The notes under the pieces were generated by a model. The model did not search any database. It saw nothing but the letters and a program-made list of their open reading frames with translations, and was not told where the DNA came from. From Gemmobacter sp. (lineage in GTDB: Bacteria > Pseudomonadota > Alphaproteobacteria > Rhodobacterales > Rhodobacteraceae), in contig NZ_JAUCBS010000006.1 of NCBI RefSeq assembly GCF_034676705.1, forward strand, positions 84,960 to 148,959: a DNA stretch of 64,000 bases. Direction: 5' to 3'. The translations under genes were made by a program, and so were the position numbers. Positions 28,425 to 38,056 of the stretch are shown one piece after another. Numbering within the stretch: the first letter of the stretch is position 1; each line of letters opens with the position of its first letter.

Positions 28425-31400
28425 CCGGGGCATCCGCCGGCCATCTGACGATCTATGAGGATCGCCCCGCCGGCCGCGCGACCCATCTGCGCATCGGGGT
28501 CGATGGCTGTGCCACCGGCTTCAGCGGCCATGTCGATCTGGGCACCGGGATAGAAACCGCGCTGGCCCAGATCGTGGCCGAGGAACTGGATCTGCCGCTG
28601 GCCGCCGTGCGGATGGTGCTGGGCGATACGGCGCTGACCCACGATCAGGGGCCGACCATCGCGTCGGAAACCATCCAGATCACCGCCGTTCCGCTGCGGA
28701 TTGCCGCGGCTCAGGCCCGGCTGGTGCTGCGCGACGCCGCTGCGCGGCGGCTGAACGTCGCCCTGGCCGACATCCGCAGCGACGATGGCCTGTTCCATGG
28801 CCCGCAAGGCAGCGTGGCCATTGCCGATCTGCTGGCAGGCCAGCTGCTGGACGTGGCGCTGGACACCGCCACGCCGACCAAGCCGGTGGCCGATTACCGC
28901 ATCGTCGGTCAGCGGACCGGCCGGCGCGATCTGGCCGACAAGGTGACTGGCGCCTTCAGCTTTGTCCACGATGTGACCGTGCCGGGCATGCTGCATGGCC
29001 ATGTCATCCGCCCGCCTTATGCCGGGCGCGACAGCGGGCCGTTCATCGGCACCAGTTTGATCGGTTGGGACGAAAGTTCCGTCGCGCATCTGCCCGGTCT
29101 GGTTGCCATCGTGCGCGAGGCGGATTTTCTGGGCATCGTGGCCACCAGCGCCGAGGCGGCCCGCCAGATCGCCGAAACCCTGCGCGTCGACTGGCACCTG
29201 CCGCCGGACCTGCCGGACATGGCCGACCTGTCCGGCACGCTGCGCAACCATCCCAGCACGCCCCGCGCGCTGGACCGCAGCGGCGACTTTGCCCGCGGCA
29301 TGGCCGAAAGCGCGCGCACCCTGGCCCGAACCTATGTCTGGCCCTATCATGAACATGGCTCCATCGGGCCATCCTGCGCCATTGCCGACTGGGCGGGCGG
29401 CCGTCCCGTGGTCTGGAGCGGCAGCCAGAACCCCCATATGCTGCAAGGCGATCTGGCGCTGCTGATGGGGCTGGAGCCTGCGGCCGTGGAAATCCGGCGG
29501 TTGCAGGCCGCCGGCTGCTATGGCCGCAACTGCGCCGATGATGTCTGCGGCGATGCGCTGCTGCTGTCGCGGGCGGTGGGGCGGCCAGTGCGGGTGCAGC
29601 TGACGCGGGCGCAGGAACATCTGTGGGAACCCAAAGGGGCCGCGCAGCTGATGGATGTGCAGGGCGGGCTAAGCGCGGCAGGCGATCTGCACGCCTATGC
29701 GCTGGACACCTGGTATCCGTCGAACCGGGGGCCCAATCTGGCGCTGCTGCTGACCGGGCGGGTGCCGGCCGACCCCCGGCCGTCCGACATGGGCGACCGC
29801 ACCTCGGTTCCGCCTTACCGGGTGCCGCACAAGCGCATCACCGTGCATGACATGGCCCCCATCGTGCGCGCGGCCTGGATGCGCGGGGTTTCGGCCCTGC
29901 CCAACACCTTTGCGCATGAAAGTTTCATCGACGAACTGGCGTGGGAGGCGCGCGAGGATCCGGTCGCCTTTCGCCTGCGCCATCTGGACGATCCGCGGCA
30001 GGCCGATCTGGTCCGCCGCACGGCCGAGGCCGGCGGCTGGCAGGGCCGCACCGGCCCCCGGCTGCGGCGCGAAGGGCGGATGGCCTATGGCCAGGGGTTT
30101 GCCTTTGCCACCTATGTGCATGGCACCTTTCCGGGCGTGGCCGCCGCCTCGGCCGCATGGGTCTGCGATGTCTCGGTGGATCTGGAAACCGGCGAGGTGC
30201 TGCTGAACCGCGTGTTGGTCGGGCAGGATCAGGGGCTGGTGATCAACCCCGATGGCGTGCGCCAGCAGATCCATGGCAACGTGATCCAGACCGCCAGCCG
30301 CGCCCTGCTGGAACAGGTGACGTTCGATGCCATCACGCCCACGCCGCGCAGCTGGGCCACCTATCCCATCCAGACCTTCGCGCAGGTGCCGCGCATCGAC
30401 ACGCTGCTGGTGGAACGACCGGGCGACCCACCCTTGGGCGTGGGGGAAAGTGCGGCGGTGCCGGCGGCGGCGGCCATCGCCAATGCCATCTTCGACGCCA
30501 CCGGCGTGCGCATGCGCGAGGCGCCGTTTACCCCCGAACGGATGCGCGCCGCCTTTGTTGCCGCCGGGATTGCGCCGGAACCCAGGCCCCCGCTGGCCCT
30601 GCCGGCGCCGGGCGTGGCAGGCTGGCGGCGGCATCTGTCGCCGGGCCGGCTGCTCGGGCTGGCCGGTGCCGTCACGCTGGGCACGCTGGCCTTGCCGCTG
30701 CACCGCGCCTTTCCGCCCACGCCCGCCCCCCCAGCCGCCACCTTTGCGCCCGAGGTGATCGAACGCGGGCGCCAGCTGTTTTCGGCAGGCGACTGCGCGG
30801 TGTGCCATACCAATCCGGGCGGCCTGCCCAATGCCGGCGGGCGGCCGATCGAAACCCCGTTCGGCACCGTCTATTCCACCAACCTGACGCCCGATCCCGA
30901 CACCGGCCTTGGCCTGTGGTCCTATGAGGCGTTCAGCCGCGCCATGCGGCAGGGCATCAGCCGCGACGGGCACAACCTCTATCCGGCCTTTCCCTATACC
31001 GCCTTTGCCGGATTGGCCGAGGCCGACATGCTGGCGATCTATGCCTATGTCCAGACCTTGCCGGCGGTGCGCCAGCCCACCCCCGATGCGCAGATGCGCC
31101 CCGGGGCCAACATCCGGCTGGTCAATGCCGGCTGGAACCTGCTGTTCCACAAGACCGTGCCCGTGCAGGACGATCCCGGCCAGCCGGCCGACTGGAACCG
31201 GGGCCGCTATCTGGTGGAAACGGTGGGGCATTGCGGCGCCTGCCATACGCCTCGCAACCTGCTGGGGGCGGAAAAGGGCGGCGCGCTGGCCTATGCCGGG
31301 GCCGAGGTGCATGGCTGGTGGGCGCCCGCCCTTGGTGGTAGCGCGGCGCTGGCGCGGGGCTGGTCGCAGGACGGGTTCTACAGCTATCTGCGCGGCGGCC

Positions 31401-31852
31401 ATGCGCCGGGGCTGTCCACCGCCTCGGGCCCGATGGCCGAGGTGATCCACGGCCTTCAGGCCCTGCCCGACAGCGATATCCGCGCCATGTCGGCCTATCT
31501 GGCCACCCTGTCGCCGCCACAGGCCGTGGCGCCGGCCCCGGTTCCCGAACCTGCGCAGCTGGCGCCATCGGCCATGTCGCGGCTGTTCTCCTCGGCCTGC
31601 GGCAGTTGCCACGAACCCGCCTTTGCCGATGATTTCACCGCCGCGCTGCTGCCGCTGTCGCAGGCGCCGGCATTGCGGGCCCCCACGGCGGCCACCGTTC
31701 ACAGCGTGCTGCGCGACGGGCTGACCGCGCCGGCGGGCCTTGATCTGCGCGACATGCCCGCCTTCGGCGCCGAACTGGACGAACGGCAGATCGCCGATCT
31801 GGCCCGCTACCTGCGCCAGCGCTTTGCCCCCGACCTGCCGCCCTGGCCCTGA
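28421..31852 (+). CDS. Molybdopterin-binding large subunit fused to a tri-haem cytochrome c domain (NicB-like / IorB-cytochrome c fusion)
   Basis: ATG at 28421 overlaps the small-subunit stop (ATGA). 1143 aa. N-terminus is IorB-like (GTGIETALAQIVAEELD). The C-terminal third carries three CxxCH motifs: CAVCH, CGACH and CGSCH. Confidence 0.85.
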   Translation: MTGASAGHLTIYEDRPAGRATHLRIGVDGCATGFSGHVDLGTGIETALAQIVAEELDLPLAAVRMVLGDTALTHDQGPTIASETIQITAVPLRIAAAQARLVLRDAAARRLNVALADIRSDDGLFHGPQGSVAIADLLAGQLLDVALDTATPTKPVADYRIVGQRTGRRDLADKVTGAFSFVHDVTVPGMLHGHVIRPPYAGRDSGPFIGTSLIGWDESSVAHLPGLVAIVREADFLGIVATSAEAARQIAETLRVDWHLPPDLPDMADLSGTLRNHPSTPRALDRSGDFARGMAESARTLARTYVWPYHEHGSIGPSCAIADWAGGRPVVWSGSQNPHMLQGDLALLMGLEPAAVEIRRLQAAGCYGRNCADDVCGDALLLSRAVGRPVRVQLTRAQEHLWEPKGAAQLMDVQGGLSAAGDLHAYALDTWYPSNRGPNLALLLTGRVPADPRPSDMGDRTSVPPYRVPHKRITVHDMAPIVRAAWMRGVSALPNTFAHESFIDELAWEAREDPVAFRLRHLDDPRQADLVRRTAEAGGWQGRTGPRLRREGRMAYGQGFAFATYVHGTFPGVAAASAAWVCDVSVDLETGEVLLNRVLVGQDQGLVINPDGVRQQIHGNVIQTASRALLEQVTFDAITPTPRSWATYPIQTFAQVPRIDTLLVERPGDPPLGVGESAAVPAAAAIANAIFDATGVRMREAPFTPERMRAAFVAAGIAPEPRPPLALPAPGVAGWRRHLSPGRLLGLAGAVTLGTLALPLHRAFPPTPAPPAATFAPEVIERGRQLFSAGDCAVCHTNPGGLPNAGGRPIETPFGTVYSTNLTPDPDTGLGLWSYEAFSRAMRQGISRDGHNLYPAFPYTAFAGLAEADMLAIYAYVQTLPAVRQPTPDAQMRPGANIRLVNAGWNLLFHKTVPVQDDPGQPADWNRGRYLVETVGHCGACHTPRNLLGAEKGGALAYAGAEVHGWWAPALGGSAALARGWSQDGFYSYLRGGHAPGLSTASGPMAEVIHGLQALPDSDIRAMSAYLATLSPPQAVAPAPVPEPAQLAPSAMSRLFSSACGSCHEPAFADDFTAALLPLSQAPALRAPTAATVHSVLRDGLTAPAGLDLRDMPAFGAELDERQIADLARYLRQRFAPDLPPWP

Positions 31853-31866
31853 CGGCCCGGCGGGTT

Positions 31867-32715
31867 TCAGCCCGCGGGCGCGACCTCCAGATTGTCGATC
31901 AGGCGCACGCCGTCCAGCCAGGCGGCCACCAGCAGCCGGGCCGGCGCATCGGGGGCGGCGGCGGGTTGCAGGTCGCTGTCGCGGCGGTATTCCAGATAAT
32001 CCACCGGGCCAAGGCCCGCCGCGCGCAGCTGATCGCCCGCGTCGGCCAGCACCGCCGCCACCTGCGCGCCCTGCCGGATGCGGTCGGCCGCCTGCGCCAG
32101 CGTCTGGCGGATCACCGGCGCGCGGGCGCGGCTTTCGTCGCCCAGCCGCAGGTTGCGCGACGACATCGCCAGCCCGTCCGCCTCGCGCACCGTGGGGCAG
32201 CCGATGATGCGGGTCTTCAGATCCAGATCCTCGGCCAGCCGGCGCACCACCTGCAATTGCTGGAAATCCTTTTCGCCGAACATCGCCACATCGGCATCGG
32301 TCTGGATCAGCAGCTTGGTCACCACCGTGGCCACGCCATCGAAATGCCCGGGCCGGGCGGCGCCGCACAGCCCCTCGCTGACGCCGGACACCGAGATGTT
32401 GGTGGCAAAGCCCTGCGGATACATCTGGTCGCCGTCGGGCACATACAGCACATCGGCGCCAAAGGGTGCCAGCTTGGCCGCGTCCGACTGTTCGGTGCGT
32501 GGGTATTTCGCCAGATCCTCGGGGTTGTTGAACTGCCTGGGGTTCACGAACAGCGTGACGATGACCCGTTCGGCATGGGCGCGGGCGGCGGTGACCAGGC
32601 TGAGGTGCCCGTCATGCAGCGCGCCCATGGTGGGCACCACCGCGATCCGTTCGCCGGCCCGGCGCCAGCTGGTGGTCAGGGCGCGCAGGCCCGATTTGGT
32701 GCGGATGATCTGCAT
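31867..32715 (-). CDS. panC: Pantoate--beta-alanine ligase
   Basis: ATG at 32715 lies within ORF 31867..32904. Blocks VPTMGALHDGHLSLV and GEKDFQQ. Confidence 0.93.
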   Translation of the reverse strand: MQIIRTKSGLRALTTSWRRAGERIAVVPTMGALHDGHLSLVTAARAHAERVIVTLFVNPRQFNNPEDLAKYPRTEQSDAAKLAPFGADVLYVPDGDQMYPQGFATNISVSGVSEGLCGAARPGHFDGVATVVTKLLIQTDADVAMFGEKDFQQLQVVRRLAEDLDLKTRIIGCPTVREADGLAMSSRNLRLGDESRARAPVIRQTLAQAADRIRQGAQVAAVLADAGDQLRAAGLGPVDYLEYRRDSDLQPAAAPDAPARLLVAAWLDGVRLIDNLEVAPAG

Positions 32716-33539
32716 CACGTCCTCCCGTCGTCGTGAAACACATGTTCGGCGGCCGGAAAGGCGCGGGTGCGTACCTCGGCGGCATAGCTGGCAATGGCGC
32801 TGGCGGCATCGCTGGCCAGCTGGGCATAGCGTTTGACGAATTTCGGCCGGAAGGCGTCGAACAGCCCCAGCATGTCGTCGATCACCAGGATCTGGCCATC
32901 GCAATCGGCCGAGGCGCCGATGCCGATGGTGGGCACCGCAATGGTCCAGGTGATGCGGGCGGCCAGCGCGGCGGGCACCTTTTCCAGCACCACGGCAAAG
33001 GCCCCGGCCTCGGCCACCGCCTGGGCATCGGCCAGCACGCGGTCGGCATCGCTGCCCTTGCCCTGCACCCGGTAGCCGCCCAGCGTGTGGATGGATTGCG
33101 GCGTCAGCCCGACATGGCCCATCACCGGAATGCCGCGCGCCACCAGAAAGCCGATGGTTTCGGCCATATGCGCGCCGCCTTCCAGCTTGACGGCCCCTGC
33201 ACCGGTTTCCGCCATCAGCCGCGCCGCGTTGCGAAAGGCCTGCTGGGGGCTGTCTTCATAGCTGCCAAAGGGCATGTCGATGACCATCATGGCCCGTTCC
33301 AGACCACGCGCCACCGCCTGGCCATGCAGGATCATCATCTCCATCGTCACCGACAGGGTGGACGGCAGGCCATGCAGCACCATGCCCACGCTGTCGCCGA
33401 CCAGCACCAGATCGCAGTCCCGGTCGGCCAGCCGGGCAACCGGCGTCGTATAGGCGGTCAGGCAGACCAGCGGCGCCCCACCCTTGCGCGCGCGGATATC
33501 GGCGGCGCCAAGGGCCTTGGTAGTGGCAGTCTGGCTCAA
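32715..33539 (-). CDS. panB: 3-methyl-2-oxobutanoate hydroxymethyltransferase
   Basis: No in-frame ATG near the conserved N-terminus. TTG at 33539 lies 6 nt after GGGGAG and gives [10 protein letters not shown]... (274 aa). Blocks [18 protein letters not shown] and GHVGLTPQ. Confidence 0.88.
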   Translation of the reverse strand: MSQTATTKALGAADIRARKGGAPLVCLTAYTTPVARLADRDCDLVLVGDSVGMVLHGLPSTLSVTMEMMILHGQAVARGLERAMMVIDMPFGSYEDSPQQAFRNAARLMAETGAGAVKLEGGAHMAETIGFLVARGIPVMGHVGLTPQSIHTLGGYRVQGKGSDADRVLADAQAVAEAGAFAVVLEKVPAALAARITWTIAVPTIGIGASADCDGQILVIDDMLGLFDAFRPKFVKRYAQLASDAASAIASYAAEVRTRAFPAAEHVFHDDGRT

Positions 33540-33755
33540 GTCACGCTCCCCAGGTTGACCTAACGTCACCCTGTAATGCGCTGCATTGCAGAATGCAACA
33601 GGAAAGAAAGATTGTTGCGCAATGACGGGAGGTGTCGGAATTACCTTGCCCGCAGAGCCGCCGGGACTGCGGCTGATCGCATGGCCATGGCAAGGATGGT
33701 TGACGAAACCGCCAGTCCCCGCAACGATGCCGGCCGGGGGCCAAAGGGGGGCGAC

Positions 33756-34349
33756 ATGCCGGATCGACGTCAGGTTCTGGGCGGATTGGCGGCTGCACTG
33801 CTGCCGCTGCCCGCGCATGCGGCTGTGCTGGGATCCGCCACGGTGGTGCAGGGCCGCGCCACGCTCAGCCGGGGTCAGGGCGACCTGATGCTGACGGTGG
33901 GCGAGGCGCTGCACGAGGGTGATCTGGTGCGCACCGCCGATGCCTCGCGCGCAGAGCTGCTGCTGACCACGGAAACCCATATCACGCTGGGCGCCGGGGC
34001 CGAGCTGCTGGTGGAACGCTATCTGGCCGATATTGGCGGGCGGCTGGTGATCGGCGGGCCGATGGTGTTCGACCGGCCGGGCAGCCTGCCCAAGGTGGAC
34101 CTGACCATCGTCACCGCCTTTGGCGAAATCGGCGTGCGGGGCACGCGGTTCTTTGCCGGGCCGTCCAACGGCGTGTTCGCGGTGTTCGTCCAGCGCGGCG
34201 CGGTCGAGGTGATGGCGCAGGGCCAGACCCGCCGCCTTGGTCCCGGCGACGGGGTGAACCTGCCCGAGGGTGCGCCCCCGGGCGAGGTGGTGCAATGGGG
34301 CGTGCCGCGCATTCTGGCGGCCTTTGCCAGCGTCGGTCTGGTGCCGTAG
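33756..34349 (+). CDS. FecR-domain protein with Tat-like signal peptide
   Basis: ATG at 33756 lies within ORF 33576..34349. N-terminus is [23 protein letters not shown]. FecR-like beta-rich core includes [15 protein letters not shown]. Confidence 0.6.
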   Translation: MPDRRQVLGGLAAALLPLPAHAAVLGSATVVQGRATLSRGQGDLMLTVGEALHEGDLVRTADASRAELLLTTETHITLGAGAELLVERYLADIGGRLVIGGPMVFDRPGSLPKVDLTIVTAFGEIGVRGTRFFAGPSNGVFAVFVQRGAVEVMAQGQTRRLGPGDGVNLPEGAPPGEVVQWGVPRILAAFASVGLVP

Positions 34350-34355
34350 GGCGCG

Positions 34356-35507
34356 TCAGGCGAAGATCGCCGGCGACAGGTCGGCCACCCGGGTGACGCC
34401 CAGCAGCTGCATGGCGCGGCGGGTTTCCTCGGCCAGGATCGCCAGCGCGCGGGCGGCGCCGGCGGGGCCTGCGGCCGCCAGCCCATAGGCAGTGGCCCGG
34501 CCCAGCAGCACGGCATCGGCGCCCAGGGCCAGCGCCATCACCACATCCGCCCCGCGGCGGAACCCGGAATCGACCAGCAGCGCGAAATCCGGCCCCGCCG
34601 CCGCCCGCGCGGGCGCGATCAGGTGCAGGGGCGCAATCGCCCGGTCCACCTGCCGCCCGCCGTGGTTCGACAGCACCACGCCATCCGCCCCGGCATCGAC
34701 CGCAAGGCGCACGTCATCCACATGCTGGATGCCCTTGATCAGCAGCTTGCCCGGCCAGCGCGCCCGGATGCGCCCCAGCATGGCCCAGTCCATCTCGGTC
34801 CGCATGTTCGACGACGACCAGGCGGCAACGCCGAACAGGTCGCGCTGGCCTTCGGGGGCAAAGGGTTCCAGGTTGGGAAAGCGCGGCATGCCGGGTTGCA
34901 GGATGGTGCGCCACAGCCAGCCGGGATGGAACAGGGTATCGACCTTGGCCGACAGGGAAATCCTGCCCGGCCCGGCGTAATTGCGCCGGTCCCATTCGCG
35001 GTTGCCGATGACGGGGGTGTCCACGGTGACCACCAGCGCCTCGCAGCCCTGCTGCTGCGCGGTATCGACCAGCGATTGCCAGACCGTATCGGGGCCATAG
35101 CAATACAGCTGGAACCAGTGGCGCAGGCCCGGCACGGCGGCGATATGGGCGATGGTGGCGTTTGACACCGTGCTTTGGCCAAAGGGCACGCCGGCCCCCG
35201 CCGCCGCCTGGGCCAGCGCGCGGTCGCCATCGGGCCACAGCAGGCCGTTGAACCCCGTCGGCCCGATGCCGAAGGGCAGCGCCATGGGGCGGCCGAACAG
35301 GTTGGTGGAGAGATCGACCGACGAGATGTCGCGCAGGATGCGCGGGGCCAGGCGGTAATCGTCAAAGGCGGCACGGTTGCCGTGCAGGGCGCGTTCTTCC
35401 TCGGCCCCGCCTTCCAGATATTCGGCGGAAAAGCGCGGCAGGCGGCGCAGCGCCATGGCGCGCAGATCGTCGATGGACTGGGCGCGGGCCGGGCTGCCGC
35501 TGGTCAC
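34356..35507 (-). CDS. FMN-dependent alpha-hydroxy-acid oxidase/dehydrogenase (LldD/glycolate oxidase family)
   Basis: Blocks SIDDLRAMALRRLPRFSAEYLEGGA, VVLSNHGGRQ and DSGFRRGADV. The start is uncertain: GTG at 35507 is chosen, while the ORF extends to 35627. Confidence 0.82.
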   Translation of the reverse strand: MTSGSPARAQSIDDLRAMALRRLPRFSAEYLEGGAEEERALHGNRAAFDDYRLAPRILRDISSVDLSTNLFGRPMALPFGIGPTGFNGLLWPDGDRALAQAAAGAGVPFGQSTVSNATIAHIAAVPGLRHWFQLYCYGPDTVWQSLVDTAQQQGCEALVVTVDTPVIGNREWDRRNYAGPGRISLSAKVDTLFHPGWLWRTILQPGMPRFPNLEPFAPEGQRDLFGVAAWSSSNMRTEMDWAMLGRIRARWPGKLLIKGIQHVDDVRLAVDAGADGVVLSNHGGRQVDRAIAPLHLIAPARAAAGPDFALLVDSGFRRGADVVMALALGADAVLLGRATAYGLAAAGPAGAARALAILAEETRRAMQLLGVTRVADLSPAIFA

Positions 35508-35654
35508 ATGGCGGCGGCGTTGGTGCGGCAGGGGCTGGGGGGCGTTGCGCAAGGGGCGTCTCCGGCAAGGGTTCGCAACATGCGTAGCACCGCCCGGTGG
35601 CCCGTGACAAAGGGAAACGGGCGGCAACGGATGCCGCCCGTTCCATATCGTGGA

Positions 35655-37757
35655 TCAGAACGTCTTGCTGATGGTCAGCTTGAAGTTGCGGCCCGGTTCG
35701 TTCAGGTAGGCGATGGTCGGCTTGTAGGTCTTGTCGAACACGTTCTCGATGCCGAAGTCGATGGTGGCGCCGGCCAGCACGCCCGATTGCGGGGTGTAGC
35801 TGATGTTCAGGTCGTTGACGCCCCAGCCCGGATGCGTGGTGGTGGTGGTCTTGCCGACAATCTTGACCTTTTCCTGCGCTTGCAGCGACCACGAGACATC
35901 CAGCCCGTTGGCCCAGCGTTTGCCCAGCGTCAGGCGGGCCTGGTTGCCAGGGTTGTAGAGATAGTCGCTCCAAACCGCGCCGATGACGGTGCCGGTGCTG
36001 GCGTAGTGCTGTTCCTTGTGGTCGGCCAGCGTCACGACGCCCTGGGCATAAAGCCCGCTGGCCATGTCATAGCGCGCGGCCAGTTCCACGCCCTGCATCT
36101 TGTAGCCCAGATATTCGCTGGTGCCCCCCGTCGACGGCCCGAACAGCGCATGGCGCACGTTGGTCCGATACATGCTGACCGATCCGGTCAGCCGATCGCC
36201 GGCCGCAAACACCGAATCGCCGGCGTATTTCACGCCGATTTCATAGTTGCGGTTCTGTTGCAGCGTGTCGCCGTAATACATCCCGCCGCGGGTGGGCGAG
36301 GTGAAGTGGAACACGTCCAGCGTGGCCAGCCCTTCGCTGTAGGCGGCCGAACCAAAGGCGGTGAAGCCGCGGCCCAGCCCCTTTTCCACCCCGAAGCCGA
36401 TATTGCGCGCCGTGGTTTCGAATGGGCCATAGGTCGTTGCGGCGCCCATCACGCGGCGGCCCTGGATTTTCTGCCGTTCGATCCGGGCGCCGGTGCTGAC
36501 GCGCAGGTCATTGCCGAAGTCCATGTTGTCGATGGCGAAAATGCCCATGCGGGTGTAGCTGCCCGAGGGGCCATAGGCGGTGTCGGGCACCGTGCTGAAC
36601 CCGCCGGTGGCGCGGTCGAACCCATAGGCCGTGCGGCGCAGGTGCGACCAGTCCAGCCCTGCGCGCAATTCATGCGAGACGGCGCCGGTCTGGAAGCGGG
36701 CGGTGTTCTTCAGCGTCACCCGGTCGGTCACCAGATCGTAGCGGCCGGCAAAGGTGGCGCCGGCGCCAAAGCTGCCGGTGCTGGTTGCCAGCGGCAGGAT
36801 CTCGATCAGCTGGTCCGAGCGCGAGACCTTCAGCTCCAGATCCACCAGATCGCTGCCGGTGGGCTTGTAGGTCCACGCCAGCGAGGCGACGGTGCCCACG
36901 CGGTCGCGGTTGACATTGCCGAACGCGGCCGCGCCGGTGGCCTGGCCATAGGGCACGTCACGCTCGGCGCTGGCCGAACGGTTGATGCTGAACACCAGCG
37001 AATTCGCCTCGTTGATCCGGTAGCGCGCCTTGAACAGATAGGACGGCACGTTGAAACCGGGCGAGTTGATCAGCGTTCCGTTGCCGTCCTTCTGCTGGTC
37101 CAGCGACCGGCGGGTGTAGTTCAGCAGGAAATCCACGCTGCGGTTCGGCTGCCAGGCCAGCGTGCTGGAGGTGACCCAGCCGTCCCCGTTGGAATTGACG
37201 CCCAGCAGCTGGCGGGCCTTGATCCCTGGCTGGTCACCGGTCAGGTCGGCGCCGTTGATGGTTTCCATCGCCACCGTGCCGCCCGCAATGCCGGATCCGT
37301 ATTCCAGCGAGGCGAGCGGCCCGGTCAGCACCGAGATCCGTTTCATCAGCGCCGGATCGACCAGCATGTCGGAGGAGTTCTGGTAGACGCGGCTGCCATC
37401 GGTGGAAATGCCGTCCACCGCCACCTGGGCCGACGGATCGTTCGCCATGTGGCTGGTGCCGCCAAAGCCGCGGATATTGGGCAGCGACCGCAGAATGTTG
37501 CCGCGCCCGGCGGTGATGACCGCAGGCGCATCGCGCAGCGCATCGTTCAGGGTGCCGGCCTGCTTGCGGGTGATATCCTCGGCCGTGACGGTGCTGACGG
37601 GGGCGGTGCCGGTGGTGGTGCCGTAGCCCGCGCCGGTCAGGGTGACGGGATCCAGTTCGGTGGCCTTGGCAGTCGTCGAGGTCTCTTGCGCGGCCAGCAT
37701 CAGCGGCAGGCTTGCGGCAGAGAACAGCGACAACATGAATATGGCGCGCATGTTCAT
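35655..37757 (-). CDS. TonB-dependent outer-membrane receptor, haem/haemoglobin type by context
   Basis: 700 aa. Has a signal peptide, a TonB-box-like DPVTLTG, a plug block (LNDALRDAPAV) and a C-terminal ...KLTISKTF. Divergent from hmuSTUV. Confidence 0.85.
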   Translation of the reverse strand: MNMRAIFMLSLFSAASLPLMLAAQETSTTAKATELDPVTLTGAGYGTTTGTAPVSTVTAEDITRKQAGTLNDALRDAPAVITAGRGNILRSLPNIRGFGGTSHMANDPSAQVAVDGISTDGSRVYQNSSDMLVDPALMKRISVLTGPLASLEYGSGIAGGTVAMETINGADLTGDQPGIKARQLLGVNSNGDGWVTSSTLAWQPNRSVDFLLNYTRRSLDQQKDGNGTLINSPGFNVPSYLFKARYRINEANSLVFSINRSASAERDVPYGQATGAAAFGNVNRDRVGTVASLAWTYKPTGSDLVDLELKVSRSDQLIEILPLATSTGSFGAGATFAGRYDLVTDRVTLKNTARFQTGAVSHELRAGLDWSHLRRTAYGFDRATGGFSTVPDTAYGPSGSYTRMGIFAIDNMDFGNDLRVSTGARIERQKIQGRRVMGAATTYGPFETTARNIGFGVEKGLGRGFTAFGSAAYSEGLATLDVFHFTSPTRGGMYYGDTLQQNRNYEIGVKYAGDSVFAAGDRLTGSVSMYRTNVRHALFGPSTGGTSEYLGYKMQGVELAARYDMASGLYAQGVVTLADHKEQHYASTGTVIGAVWSDYLYNPGNQARLTLGKRWANGLDVSWSLQAQEKVKIVGKTTTTTHPGWGVNDLNISYTPQSGVLAGATIDFGIENVFDKTYKPTIAYLNEPGRNFKLTISKTF

Positions 37758-37946
37758 GGGGATGTTCCATCGGAAGGGGGAGGGATGTCGGCTGGCTTCC
37801 GCTGGCTCTATGCGTCTTGAAGCGAATAGTTTTGTGTTTTTGTCAAGAACCGTCGGGCCGAAAACTCCCTGTTGCGGCTTTTCGGTCGATGGCGGTTTCG
37901 GTGAATGTGGCTTGATCCGACGCGGGAATCCCCGTAGTTAACCCGA

Positions 37947-37959
37947 CTGATACTATCAG
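37947..37959. promoter_or_regulatory. 13-bp palindrome CTGATACTATCAG in the divergent haem-uptake control region (candidate iron-responsive operator)
   Basis: Perfect 6-bp arms. It lies just downstream of a candidate TTGATC-N17-TAGTTA promoter (37912..37940) that faces hmuS. Confidence 0.4.
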
Positions 37960-38056
37960 GTATATCCCTGCGGATTGCCCGATTTCCGCCCCAGCCAGCC
38001 CCCCTGCGGGCCAGCCAGATCCTTGCGGCACCCGACCCAGGCAAAGGACTGCGACC

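Noticed and set aside
33559-33566. A CGTTAG word upstream of panB, considered as a fourth copy of the shared operator.
   Set aside because: Only the left half-site core matches (GACGTTAG on the minus strand). The right half-site is absent.
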